Shown here piece after piece: positions 21,196 through 30,302 of a DNA stretch of 64,000 bases. The stretch is from an uncultured Gammaproteobacteria bacterium (GTDB lineage Bacteria; Patescibacteriota; Patescibacteriia; Magasanikbacterales; GWA2-37-8). The stretch's first letter is position 1, and the number at the start of each line of letters is the position of its first letter. The notes beneath the pieces were generated by a model, which was given only the letters and a program-made list of their open reading frames with translations, had not been told where the DNA came from and did not search any database. The stretch is from contig CAYHBZ010000001.1 of NCBI GenBank assembly GCA_964355175.1, positions 240,523-304,522 on the forward strand, given 5' to 3'. The position numbers and the translations under genes were made by a program.

Positions 21196-23409
21196 CTATC
21201 TATTAAATTTTAACTTAAAATTATTGGCTTCTTCTCTTCTGTTAGTTTTATTTAAATAATCAATATATTTATCTATCAAGTGTAAATTTTGCTTTTCGTC
21301 TTTATCCATTATAATCTTTACGATACTATCTTCTAGTAAATTAATACTACTATAAAGACTAAATAGATCAAAAACAGCGTCCAGCTCATCAGAGTTAAAT
21401 CGATAACCCAACTCTAAGGCTTTTTTAGCAGAATTAAAAGCGGATAAATTATCATTTTTATGACCGTAAATTATCGATTGCATCCAATAAGATGACGGAT
21501 AACTCGGGAAACGAATAATAAAATCAGCCGTAATTTTTAAAGCCTCGTCGTGCTTCCCTTGAAGCATTTTAACAGTGGCCAAACCAAATGTCAAAGCCGG
21601 TCTAGAGGGGCTGGTAGAAAGATAATATTTATAAATTTTTTCCGCTTCATTCAAGTAAACCGGATCTTTCCAAAATTTATATCCGTCTACATAAACCGTA
21701 CCCAAAAGCTTGCCCCCCCTGGTATCGGTTGGATAATCGGAAATAAATGATTGAATTGCTCCAACACCAAAATTATACATCTCTCTTGCTAAAGGACGGT
21801 GAGAGCTCACCACAAAATCCGGATGGGCGCTAATCCAGCTCAAAATAAACTGACCAAATTCAAAAGCAATATCGGGGCGATAAGGGTTTAAAATTTGTAC
21901 GGCTTTTCTATGAAACTCTACAGCTCCTTTGAAATCAACCATGGACTTTTTAACCGCCTGCGCTGCGTAATAATCAGCTTTAGCCGGCAGGTATACAAAT
22001 CTAAAAAGATACAGGCAGGACAAAAAAATTAAAACGCTTATAAATAAAAACTTTAACAACGGTCCAAAAAAAACTTTCAATGATCCTAAATATTTTTCAT
22101 GATTGTTCGCGCCAATATTATTTTTTGTTTTTAGATCAGTATTGCTCACATTATTGTTATATAGATCAATACCCGCCAATAACCAAAAGAAAACCAGGTA
22201 GGAGGAAAGATCTTCAAATACAAATAGATTTCTTATAAAGTGAGATAGCCAAAAGGCACCTAGGCCCAAAAATAGAAATCTTTCATTTTTATTCTTTTGT
22301 TTATAATTTTTAAAAATTAAATAAAAGGCATAAAAATAAATAAAAAGATACAAGCTAAGCCCGACTATTCCGGTAGTGGCCAATAAATTAAAAAAGACAC
22401 TGTGGGCATTGTCCTGCCAATCTTCAGTACGTCCGAAAAATTCGGGTAAATAGTTTTTGTTAAAAAGATCGTAGTAATTTTCCCAACCCCAACCCAGCAA
22501 AGGCTTTTGCTCCCAACCCACCACCGCGGTTTTCCACATCAACAAACGGCTGCCACCACTAGCCTCACTAAGCGGAGTGGTGACAAAGCGATTCAGGATC
22601 GGAATATTTTTTATGAAAGAAAAATTTCTAAAAGAAATCAATATAATCGGAGCTATTACCAACACAGAAAGTACAGACAAAAAAATCTTCCTTTGTCCTT
22701 GCCAATCCAAATCCTTTGCCAAAAAAATCAACAAAAATATTAGACCACCATAAAGACCAACCAAATCACCTCTGGTTTGAGAAGTAAAAATTGTTATCAA
22801 ACTGACTACCATCTCTATCAGCCACAAATATTTCAACTTGGTTTTGGTATTGTAATAAAAAATCAATGAAGAAAAAAATAAAAAACCGGCAAACCCAGCC
22901 AAAAAAATCGGGTTGCCTAGAGTAGAGCTCATACGAGCAGCCCCGGCATTAAGCAATAATCTGGAATTAAATACCTGCAACATCGCTATCAAAGGCGCAA
23001 CCATACCAATACCCACAAACCACTGCCACAACTTGTACCATTGCTCCTTGGAAAATACCGAACGCCAAACTAAAAATAATATGCCATAATGACACATTAT
23101 TACCAAACCGGTCATACGCTCGGTACGACTCCACAAACTACGATTAAAGTTTTCACTAAATATTGAAGCTATAAAAATAGCAACGTAAAACAATAATACG
23201 GAAAGGCTCAGCCAACTAAATCTTGGTTTCAAAAAACGCCAGTTGGAAAGCAGAGCAATTAGCCAAACAACCAAAATTAACAACGAAAATATCTGTAGTA
23301 AAAAGGCTTTGGGAGCGACAAATGGATATACTGAATTTTGCCAAACAATTATAGGCAATAAAAATAACCCCACGGTCAGATAGTATATTATGTTTTTTTC
23401 TCTTTGCAT
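21196..23409 (-). CDS. O-antigen ligase / O-oligosaccharyltransferase family protein with C-terminal TPR (paralogue)
   Basis: ERMTGL, STLGNP, QTRG, LGWGWENY, DNAHS. Confidence 0.85.
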   Translation of the reverse strand: MQREKNIIYYLTVGLFLLPIIVWQNSVYPFVAPKAFLLQIFSLLILVVWLIALLSNWRFLKPRFSWLSLSVLLFYVAIFIASIFSENFNRSLWSRTERMTGLVIMCHYGILFLVWRSVFSKEQWYKLWQWFVGIGMVAPLIAMLQVFNSRLLLNAGAARMSSTLGNPIFLAGFAGFLFFSSLIFYYNTKTKLKYLWLIEMVVSLITIFTSQTRGDLVGLYGGLIFLLIFLAKDLDWQGQRKIFLSVLSVLVIAPIILISFRNFSFIKNIPILNRFVTTPLSEASGGSRLLMWKTAVVGWEQKPLLGWGWENYYDLFNKNYLPEFFGRTEDWQDNAHSVFFNLLATTGIVGLSLYLFIYFYAFYLIFKNYKQKNKNERFLFLGLGAFWLSHFIRNLFVFEDLSSYLVFFWLLAGIDLYNNNVSNTDLKTKNNIGANNHEKYLGSLKVFFGPLLKFLFISVLIFLSCLYLFRFVYLPAKADYYAAQAVKKSMVDFKGAVEFHRKAVQILNPYRPDIAFEFGQFILSWISAHPDFVVSSHRPLAREMYNFGVGAIQSFISDYPTDTRGGKLLGTVYVDGYKFWKDPVYLNEAEKIYKYYLSTSPSRPALTFGLATVKMLQGKHDEALKITADFIIRFPSYPSSYWMQSIIYGHKNDNLSAFNSAKKALELGYRFNSDELDAVFDLFSLYSSINLLEDSIVKIIMDKDEKQNLHLIDKYIDYLNKTNRREEANNFKLKFNR

Positions 23410-23480
23410 AGCCTAAAATCCCTCTATAAATAGAATGATCTAAACCTAAATTACAATATAATTATACCTAAACTTACATA

Positions 23481-23513
23481 AAAAAACAACCCCTCCGTTT
23501 TGCAACGGAGGGG
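23481..23513 (-). terminator. Intrinsic terminator of the S-layer-like gene
   Basis: CCCCTCCGTT-TTGC-AACGGAGGGG stem, U-rich tail on minus strand. Confidence 0.8.
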
Positions 23514-23551
23514 CATGTCTCTTTCAGAACTAGATCTGTTAAGCTAACAGA

Positions 23552-26500
23552 TTAGTACTGGTAAGTCTTGCCATAAACTGGAATTCCAGTAACTGGCGCA
23601 ACGTTCGTGTAAGCAGACGAACCGTCACCCCAACTAAAGGTAACCAATTGTGTGGTCAATTTCTCAACGCTAGCGGCAGTGTCGCTAAAGTCAGCATCAG
23701 TAGTATCAGCTACGAGATAAACCTGTTTAGCACCGGACCATTCATTTTGGGCGGTTAAAACAATGCTTACCTGATCACTGGTACTAGTAGCCATACTGGT
23801 AAGATACACGCTACCCATGAGATGGGCGCTATCAAATGTACTACCACTATAGGCATAGATAGTGACCGATCCGTTGCCGTTTCCGTCGCCAGCAATCAAG
23901 TTGCCGGTCAATTTCACAGCCAAGGTACCAAGAGTGGAGTTCTGGTTGCTTCCAGCTTCAGGAGAGGAAGTGAAGGTAAATACACCTACAGTATCCTGAG
24001 CCTTGGTGGAGTGTACAACAGAAGCTGTATCACCTTCAGCAACAGCAACGTTAGTCTTGCGAATAGTCTTAGCAGTTACACTGCTATCAACTAAAGCAAC
24101 GGAGTCAACTATACCGTACTGCTTGGAGTTGGAACCTTCACCCAACAAAATGAAATCGTTGGTCAAGTTAGCAGTAGTGCTAAATTGAGCAGATACTTTC
24201 TTGAAACCAATTTTTACAGCGTCGCCAGACACAGCACCATCATTGATAGTGTTGAATAAAGCGCTAACAGTAATTAGATTGCTCTGATCTTTGATCAAGT
24301 AAGCATCCAATTGACCATCGCTGAAAGTACATTCACCAGAGCTGTTCAAGAAACATTCCTTGTTAACAGTTTCGCCAGCTTTGTTCTTATAGGTTACAAT
24401 TGCTTTCTTAACATCTACATACTGGGCAGCAGTACCGAGAGCCAAAGCAGCACCGGTCAATGTGAAGCTTTCTTTGGTAGGAGTCAATTTATAAGTGGTC
24501 ATAGCTACTGGAGTAGCGGAACCAGAAATAACGACATCAGCCAAAGGAGTGGAACCATCCACAGCTACAGTCACAGAACCGCCAGTAGTTACAGTCAAGT
24601 AGATTGGAGAAGAGTCATTAATAACTGAAGTAGAATTCTCAGTTACACTCTTACCGTCGGCAAATGTCTCAACATCGATATCATCATCTGGATCAACATC
24701 TACATTAACATAACGAGTGGCAGTAAGACTGTCTTTGATTACCAACTGAGCTACCAATTTCTTGCTGTCACCAGCTTTCAATTTGTAATTCAAGCTAGAG
24801 AAAGTTACATAATAGTAACCACCACTACCAATCGTACCAGAAAGGTCAGAAAGGTTCTTAGTCATCAAAGGAGTAGTCGCGCCATCTTCCCACAAAGATA
24901 CAGTGTTTACTACAGCATTAGCAGCAGTATCACCAAGATCATTGCTAATAGCGGTGGTGGAAGCAAATACGCGCAATTTCAAACTAGTAATTTTGAGATC
25001 ATCGGAAGTGCCAGCAGTCAACAATAGACCTAAGGCATTCTGAGTAGATCCTTTTACTACAGAAGCTGAAGCTGGAGGAGTTGCGCGGGTTACGGTCAAC
25101 TGAGCTCCAGTAACAGTCATGCTGTTACCAGTCAAAGTGTTTGGAACGATCACAGAAGCGCTCACATATTGTGAGTTATCTACGTATTTTACGTAGTTAG
25201 AACCGCTGTAATCAACTTTGGAGACAACTTTCATGCTGGAAGGCATGCTGGTATCAATATCGGCAACCACGGCAAAGTGACGGGTCTTACCGGCAGCGAT
25301 GTCGTAAGAATCGGTAAACACCTTGTAATAGCTGTTAGCGGAAACTGTAGTACCAGTACCAAAGTCAGATTGAGGTCCAACCATAGTCTGATTGCTGTTG
25401 TCCAAATCTACGATTTTTACATTCTTTACAAATGCATAGTTAGTAGAAGTGCTCAAAGCGTTAGAAACAGAATCTGTCAAAAAGATAGATACTTTAGTGC
25501 TTTTTACAGTTACATTGTTGGAAGAGCTGAAAGAGAACTTCTGCAATATAACGTTGGTTACATTCTTACCAATATTAGTGGCGGCAGGACCATTGTTAGA
25601 CAAGGTCAAATCACCACCAGTAACAGTATAAGTCTGGTTACCAGTAGCAAAACTGTTGGTCAAGTTAACACCGGCATTATATTGAGTGTCTAGGATTCTT
25701 ACATCGCTAGTTTCGTCAACATAAAATGCCACGGTATCAGCTACGCGACCACCAGTGTTGTCAGCGTATACTACGAAAGTCTTAGTATCACCTTTAGTAA
25801 TAGTGTATGGAGTAGCCAAGGTGAAAACAACATGATCGCCAGTCATAGTTGCAGCCGAAGCTACATCAGAGCTGCCGAGAGTCAATTTCAAGTTAGCCAA
25901 GTAATCATTGGATAAAGTACCACCGTTGGTCAAAGTCATATTAACAACTTTAACATCGTTGGTAGCAGAGCTAGCACTAATAGTACCACGAGCCACTTCT
26001 ACTTTAGAAGCACCCAAGCCAAAAGAACCGGTAGAACCAGAGTTATCTACTGTAATAGCAGATACTGAGGAAGCACCAATGCTCATAATAGAACCAACTA
26101 CGCCAGATACAGTAGCATTGTTAGCACTGACAACTTCAAAACCATCGGCATCACCAGAAACAGCAAGAGTAGTATCTAAATCAGCTACTACGCGCAAAGT
26201 TTTTGGAGTGCTGGACAAAGCCACTTTCAAATTACTAAAAGTAACTACGTTAGTATCAGAAGCTACAGTGCGACCACTGGTCAAACGGTTGTTACCATCG
26301 TAAATATATACGCTGGCCAAGTCGTTATAAGCACCCAAACCGATACGGTGTAATTTCAAGTCATTCAATGTGCCGGAACCGGAAACATTGAAGTGCATGA
26401 AGTCAACGCCAGTAGCGTCTTGTGGTAATGGTGTGGCAGCTGGAGAATCAGAAGCCAAGGAAACAGTAACTGGACCAGAAGAAACTGGAGGAACTACAAC

Positions 26501-27268
26501 AGTTCCAGGAACAGCTTTAAATCCAAAAGTTACATCAACCAAAGCAGCTTCCATAGCAGTAACTTGAGTACCAGTGGAGTAACCAGTGGTAGAAGCCATA
26601 GCTACAGCAAATTTAGCTTGGAATTTGTTGGCAGTGAAACCAGTAGCAGTAACTTCGCGTAGGCTCTTGTTTGTAGCCACTACGTAAAATTTACCACCAT
26701 TGGAAACCAAAGCGCCTTCAGAAGGAGCAGCTTCAGTTACTTTCACAGTGCTCATGTTTTTAGCATGAAGTACCATGTCAGCGCTGGAAGCAGGAATTGT
26801 GCGGCCACCTTTTGCAGGTAAAGCAGCATAATTTGCACCATATAGACCAGTAGCGGCAGCAACAGACATTTCTGCCAATTTGCCGTCAGCCATAGTCACA
26901 TACAATTTTTCGGTTGAGCTATCTTTCAAAAGATAGGCGCCTGGGCGAGGAGCAACTACCCCAGCGGCTGGGAAAGAAGCCAAGCAGTCACCAGTAACAT
27001 ACTTGAAAGTATATTTGCTGTCGGCTGTCCAGGATTTAAAAATATCACCTTGTGGGAAATAAGATCTTGATTTGTCGGAGTTTACTACCCAGATATCGGC
27101 ACCGTTAGCTTTGACGAAATCGCCGGCAACAACGGTAGCGCAGTCAACCTGTGTAGCAGCTGTAGCAACAGCTGGTACCAAAGCAGCAACGCCCAAAGAC
27201 CAGAAAATGGTTGTAGAAGCAACACCTACAGTGAAGATCTTCTTACCCAATTTTAATAAATTGTTCAT
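23552..27268 (-). CDS. Large secreted S/T/V/A-rich surface protein, probable S-layer protein
   Basis: Signal-like N-terminus, beta-rich composition, biased codon use, own terminator, adjacent to a glycosylation locus; likely start ATG 27268. Confidence 0.75.
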   Translation of the reverse strand: MNNLLKLGKKIFTVGVASTTIFWSLGVAALVPAVATAATQVDCATVVAGDFVKANGADIWVVNSDKSRSYFPQGDIFKSWTADSKYTFKYVTGDCLASFPAAGVVAPRPGAYLLKDSSTEKLYVTMADGKLAEMSVAAATGLYGANYAALPAKGGRTIPASSADMVLHAKNMSTVKVTEAAPSEGALVSNGGKFYVVATNKSLREVTATGFTANKFQAKFAVAMASTTGYSTGTQVTAMEAALVDVTFGFKAVPGTVVVPPVSSGPVTVSLASDSPAATPLPQDATGVDFMHFNVSGSGTLNDLKLHRIGLGAYNDLASVYIYDGNNRLTSGRTVASDTNVVTFSNLKVALSSTPKTLRVVADLDTTLAVSGDADGFEVVSANNATVSGVVGSIMSIGASSVSAITVDNSGSTGSFGLGASKVEVARGTISASSATNDVKVVNMTLTNGGTLSNDYLANLKLTLGSSDVASAATMTGDHVVFTLATPYTITKGDTKTFVVYADNTGGRVADTVAFYVDETSDVRILDTQYNAGVNLTNSFATGNQTYTVTGGDLTLSNNGPAATNIGKNVTNVILQKFSFSSSNNVTVKSTKVSIFLTDSVSNALSTSTNYAFVKNVKIVDLDNSNQTMVGPQSDFGTGTTVSANSYYKVFTDSYDIAAGKTRHFAVVADIDTSMPSSMKVVSKVDYSGSNYVKYVDNSQYVSASVIVPNTLTGNSMTVTGAQLTVTRATPPASASVVKGSTQNALGLLLTAGTSDDLKITSLKLRVFASTTAISNDLGDTAANAVVNTVSLWEDGATTPLMTKNLSDLSGTIGSGGYYYVTFSSLNYKLKAGDSKKLVAQLVIKDSLTATRYVNVDVDPDDDIDVETFADGKSVTENSTSVINDSSPIYLTVTTGGSVTVAVDGSTPLADVVISGSATPVAMTTYKLTPTKESFTLTGAALALGTAAQYVDVKKAIVTYKNKAGETVNKECFLNSSGECTFSDGQLDAYLIKDQSNLITVSALFNTINDGAVSGDAVKIGFKKVSAQFSTTANLTNDFILLGEGSNSKQYGIVDSVALVDSSVTAKTIRKTNVAVAEGDTASVVHSTKAQDTVGVFTFTSSPEAGSNQNSTLGTLAVKLTGNLIAGDGNGNGSVTIYAYSGSTFDSAHLMGSVYLTSMATSTSDQVSIVLTAQNEWSGAKQVYLVADTTDADFSDTAASVEKLTTQLVTFSWGDGSSAYTNVAPVTGIPVYGKTYQY

Positions 27269-27274
27269 AATATA

Positions 27275-27480
27275 TTTATAAGACTCCATTGTTTTGCGCG
27301 CGGCATGTAAACACACCGGTCAAACGCAATGGAATTTGTTTCCCGACTAAGTCGGGAAACGTACAAAGATTTTGCAGGCCCGTATGGACCCTCGACTTTT
27401 GGCAAAACCGAACTAAGTTACTTTTCCCTCTCCCGACAATATTTGTCTCACGCTGACAAGTGCTGTCGGGAAAAGAAAAA
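27275..27480 (-). promoter_or_regulatory. Structured leader of the S-layer-like gene (several hairpins)
   Basis: GTTTCCCGACT-A-AGTCGGGAAAC at 27338-27360; long stem 27422-27479; CCATTG/CAATGG stem. Confidence 0.55.
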
Positions 27481-27489
27481 CCCTGCTTA

Positions 27490-28809
27490 TTATCTTTTAA
27501 CCGGATTGGTGGTAGTGACTGGTGTCACTATTACTTTTATTTCCGGAGTGGACGAAGTGGAAGTGGTAATAATTACTTTTATATCTTTTGAGTTGTCAGT
27601 AGCCGCTACCACTACCGGCGATACCGGTACGAGTTGAGCGGCACTCACTATAGTCTTGTCGTAAATTTTTTCCGCTTCTTTGGTCACCGTATTTACATCT
27701 TTCATCGCTTGCACGGCTTGAGTGAGATCACCTTTATTGAGAGAATCTACCGCTTTGGCCACAGCCTGATCAGTAGTTTGGACAGCGGTTTTGGTTTGAG
27801 CCACTGCGACATTAGTAGCGGTGGAAATTTCAGAAATTTTTTGAGTCAAAGCGGCCGTGGTGCTAGCGCTGTTTGTTTTGTCGGCAGACAGATCAGCGGC
27901 CTGAGTCTTGGCGGCGTTTATTACATCTTTTATTTTACCTACGCTCTGACTAGACTGAGCGGCATCGGTAGCACTGGATTGAAGAGTAGTATTAATTTCT
28001 TTTTTTACATCCGCTGCGGAAACGCTGTTGTCCCCTTCTAAGTGTTTGGTCACCATTACTTCCATGGCTTTCACGGAAGCATCTTTGGCCAAGTCTTTTA
28101 CTTCACTCACTGCTTGTACGGTCTGCACGGCGGCATCGGTGGCTGGAGTAGTAGAAGTATTTTGAGCGGCGATACTGAGCAAGCTGGTCTTTACTTCTTG
28201 CAAAGTGTTTTTTACCGCATCGGTGTCTTGTTTTACATCTTTTACCACATCGGCGGACAGAGTTTTATTTGGATCGTTTTTTATTTCATCCAATTTCTGA
28301 TTGACATTGGCGATTTCAATTTTTAAATCATTGACCATCTCCTGAGCCCTGGCTTGTTTGGATGGATCGTTGCCTACTAGGATCTGCTTGGTTTCGTCAG
28401 CGCGGCGTTTGGCAAACTCGGCGTGCAATTTGGTTTCGGCTTTACTGGCACCCACCATCGCGGCCATTGTGACCTGAGTTTTTTCAGCGGCGCGTTTGGC
28501 CGGATACAACCAGTCACCAGGCAATGTATTGTAAGCCGCGTCGACACCGGTAATCCAACCGCTGGTGGCCACCACACTTACTATTAATAGTACGGCCATC
28601 GGACGCACTATATTGAAGACTACCGGACGAGGCATAAAGAGAGCCATCGCGTTCCAGACATTTTCGAGATTAATTTTAGGAGTTTGGCTGCCGACAGTAT
28701 TTTTTATTTGGGATAGCAAAAGGGCGCGGTTGTTTTTCAACCACGCTTCAGACGGCTTTACTTCGCCGTGTTTGAGCTGTTTAAGTTGTGAGATTAATTT
28801 TTTTGGCAT
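27490..28809 (-). CDS. Putative anti-sigma-like membrane protein (DUF5667-like) with helical extracellular domain
   Basis: Directly downstream of ECF sigma; one TM; LPGDWLYPAKRAAEK...AKRRADE motif. Confidence 0.7.
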   Translation of the reverse strand: MPKKLISQLKQLKHGEVKPSEAWLKNNRALLLSQIKNTVGSQTPKINLENVWNAMALFMPRPVVFNIVRPMAVLLIVSVVATSGWITGVDAAYNTLPGDWLYPAKRAAEKTQVTMAAMVGASKAETKLHAEFAKRRADETKQILVGNDPSKQARAQEMVNDLKIEIANVNQKLDEIKNDPNKTLSADVVKDVKQDTDAVKNTLQEVKTSLLSIAAQNTSTTPATDAAVQTVQAVSEVKDLAKDASVKAMEVMVTKHLEGDNSVSAADVKKEINTTLQSSATDAAQSSQSVGKIKDVINAAKTQAADLSADKTNSASTTAALTQKISEISTATNVAVAQTKTAVQTTDQAVAKAVDSLNKGDLTQAVQAMKDVNTVTKEAEKIYDKTIVSAAQLVPVSPVVVAATDNSKDIKVIITTSTSSTPEIKVIVTPVTTTNPVKR

Positions 28810-28817
28810 ATCCCAAC

Positions 28818-29378
28818 TTATTTTTTATCTCCCAAAATTTGTTTTAATTTTTTCAAAGCGCGATGCATAGTGACTCGCACGGACAATTGGCTCTTGCCAG
28901 TGATCTCGGCGATCTCACTGATATCGAGCTCATCAACATATTTCAAAGTCAGCACTTCCTGATATTCTTGTTTTAATTTTTTTATCGCTTCGATTATTTT
29001 TCCGGTTTCCATTTTATTGGCCAACTCGTCGTACCATTTACCTTCGTCCCCTACCTCGATATTTTCATCCAGGGTGACTTCTGGTTTGGCAGCGCGAGCG
29101 CGATAAAAATCGATAATACTGTTGCGTGCGATTTTATAGAGCAAGCCACTGAAACTTTTTATCTCCGGCTGTTCTTCGCTATTAGTAATTAGAAACTGCC
29201 AGGCCTTCAAAAAAACTTCTGAAGTGATATCCTCGGCATTCTCATGACTACTAACTTTAAAAAAAACGAAGCGGTAGATTCGTTGTACATATATATCGTA
29301 AAGTTCCGTGTAAGCTTCTGGATCCTTTTTTGTGAATATCCTATATAGTAGGATTTTCTCGGTAAGGAAGTTGCTCAT
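28818..29378 (-). CDS. ECF-type RNA polymerase sigma-70 factor
   Basis: AEDITSEVFLKAW, LYKIARNSIIDFYR, region 4 EIAEITGKS..SVRVTMHRALKKL. Confidence 0.93.
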   Translation of the reverse strand: MSNFLTEKILLYRIFTKKDPEAYTELYDIYVQRIYRFVFFKVSSHENAEDITSEVFLKAWQFLITNSEEQPEIKSFSGLLYKIARNSIIDFYRARAAKPEVTLDENIEVGDEGKWYDELANKMETGKIIEAIKKLKQEYQEVLTLKYVDELDISEIAEITGKSQLSVRVTMHRALKKLKQILGDKK

Positions 29379-29463
29379 TATAGAAGACGAAAGAAAGTTA
29401 AAATTGTTACACTACTGCCTAACTACCTATTTAGACCTTTTCTGTCCTGCAAGCGATTTGCAT

Positions 29464-29492
29464 ATATTACCAAAAAAGGCATGAACGGTCAA
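29464..29492 (-). promoter_or_regulatory. Sigma70-type promoter for the ECF sigma operon
   Basis: TTGACC-17 bp-TAATAT on minus strand. Confidence 0.55.
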
Positions 29493-29505
29493 ATATGATA
29501 GTAGC

Positions 29506-29690
29506 GGTATTGGCTAATAAAATGCTTTTTCAAACTGTGAAAATATTCGCACAATTTGCAACCCACTCGGCTCTGTCCCTGAACTCGTCGCTTGACGCTC
29601 CTCAGACAGCAGGGACAGACACGCCTCGTGGCTCACAAATTGTCTGCTCGTATTTTCAATGTTTTCAAAATCATTTTATTAGCCAATACC
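29506..29690. repeat. ~185-nt imperfect hairpin element, copy 1
   Basis: Perfect 19-bp terminal inverted repeat (29506-29524 / 29672-29690); core homologous to 45516-45631 with compensatory changes. Confidence 0.8.
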
Positions 29691-29696
29691 TTTACA

Positions 29697-29819
29697 TTTG
29701 TATACACTAGTCTATACAAAACTAGCACGAAACTATACCAAATAAAACTCAAAAAGTCAATGATTACCCTTGACAGAACCTTAAAAATAAGGTAGTTTGT
29801 ATACACTAGTCTATACAAA
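29697..29819. promoter_or_regulatory. Divergent promoter pair with two identical 24-bp palindromic operators
   Basis: TTTGTATACACTAGTCTATACAAA at 29697-29720 and 29796-29819; leftward TTGACT-17-TATAGT (29760-29732); rightward TTGACA-17-TAGTTT (29770-29798). Confidence 0.8.
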
Positions 29820-29823
29820 TTTT

Positions 29824-30249
29824 ATGGATAGCTCCAAAGGTCAACTAGCCAACAATGAACAAAAACCAAAAGAAATGATCCGCGTCTCTGTGTCAGAGGC
29901 GGCTAGACTTTTTGGTGTAAACTCTCAGACTATTCGTCGCGCTATCGCCGCTCAAGAGATAACCTATGTGATAGTAGCCGGACGCTATAAAGTAAACTTT
30001 GAGAGTTTGGTAAAGTGGTCACAACAACACACTACCGTAAAGAATAAATTAGCCAATCGTGGTATCGGTCAATTTGTTGAAAAGTGGAAAATAAAAAACC
30101 CTCTATACTCCCCCAACCCAAAATCGCTTTCCAAACCAACCGCACCAGCCGCCAAAAAAGTAGAAAAAATAGAACCGGAAAAAATCGAAAACAAACCCAC
30201 CGAAGACAACGAAACCAACCTGCCAAGCACTTACCTCAAACCCGATTAA
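29824..30249 (+). CDS. Excisionase/MerR-like helix-turn-helix DNA-binding protein
   Basis: VSVSEAARLFGVNSQTIRRAI...GRYKV (HTH_17-like); disordered C-tail. Confidence 0.8.
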   Translation: MDSSKGQLANNEQKPKEMIRVSVSEAARLFGVNSQTIRRAIAAQEITYVIVAGRYKVNFESLVKWSQQHTTVKNKLANRGIGQFVEKWKIKNPLYSPNPKSLSKPTAPAAKKVEKIEPEKIENKPTEDNETNLPSTYLKPD

Positions 30250-30263
30250 CAGTCGGGTTTTTT
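30238..30263 (+). terminator. Intrinsic terminator
   Basis: AAACCCGATT-AAC-AGTCGGGTTTTTT. Confidence 0.65.
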
Positions 30264-30302
30264 ATTTGACCATAACACTAATAATGGAGTAAAATAACTG
30301 AT

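Noticed and set aside
1-23409. LPS core/O-antigen locus
   Set aside because: No lpx, kds or waaA genes in the window; context fits protein or surface glycosylation better.
23552-27316. Upstream-extended starts given by the ORF track (e.g. 27316, 42967, 39471)
   Set aside because: The extensions run through structured leaders, promoters or neighbouring genes; downstream ATGs fit family N-termini better.
29506-29690. 6S RNA (similar length and rod shape)
   Set aside because: No large central bubble, and a diverged second copy with different outer stems exists. Not supportable without an Rfam search.
29697-29819. CRISPR array from the 24-bp repeat
   Set aside because: Only two copies, a 75-bp spacer containing promoters, and no cas genes.
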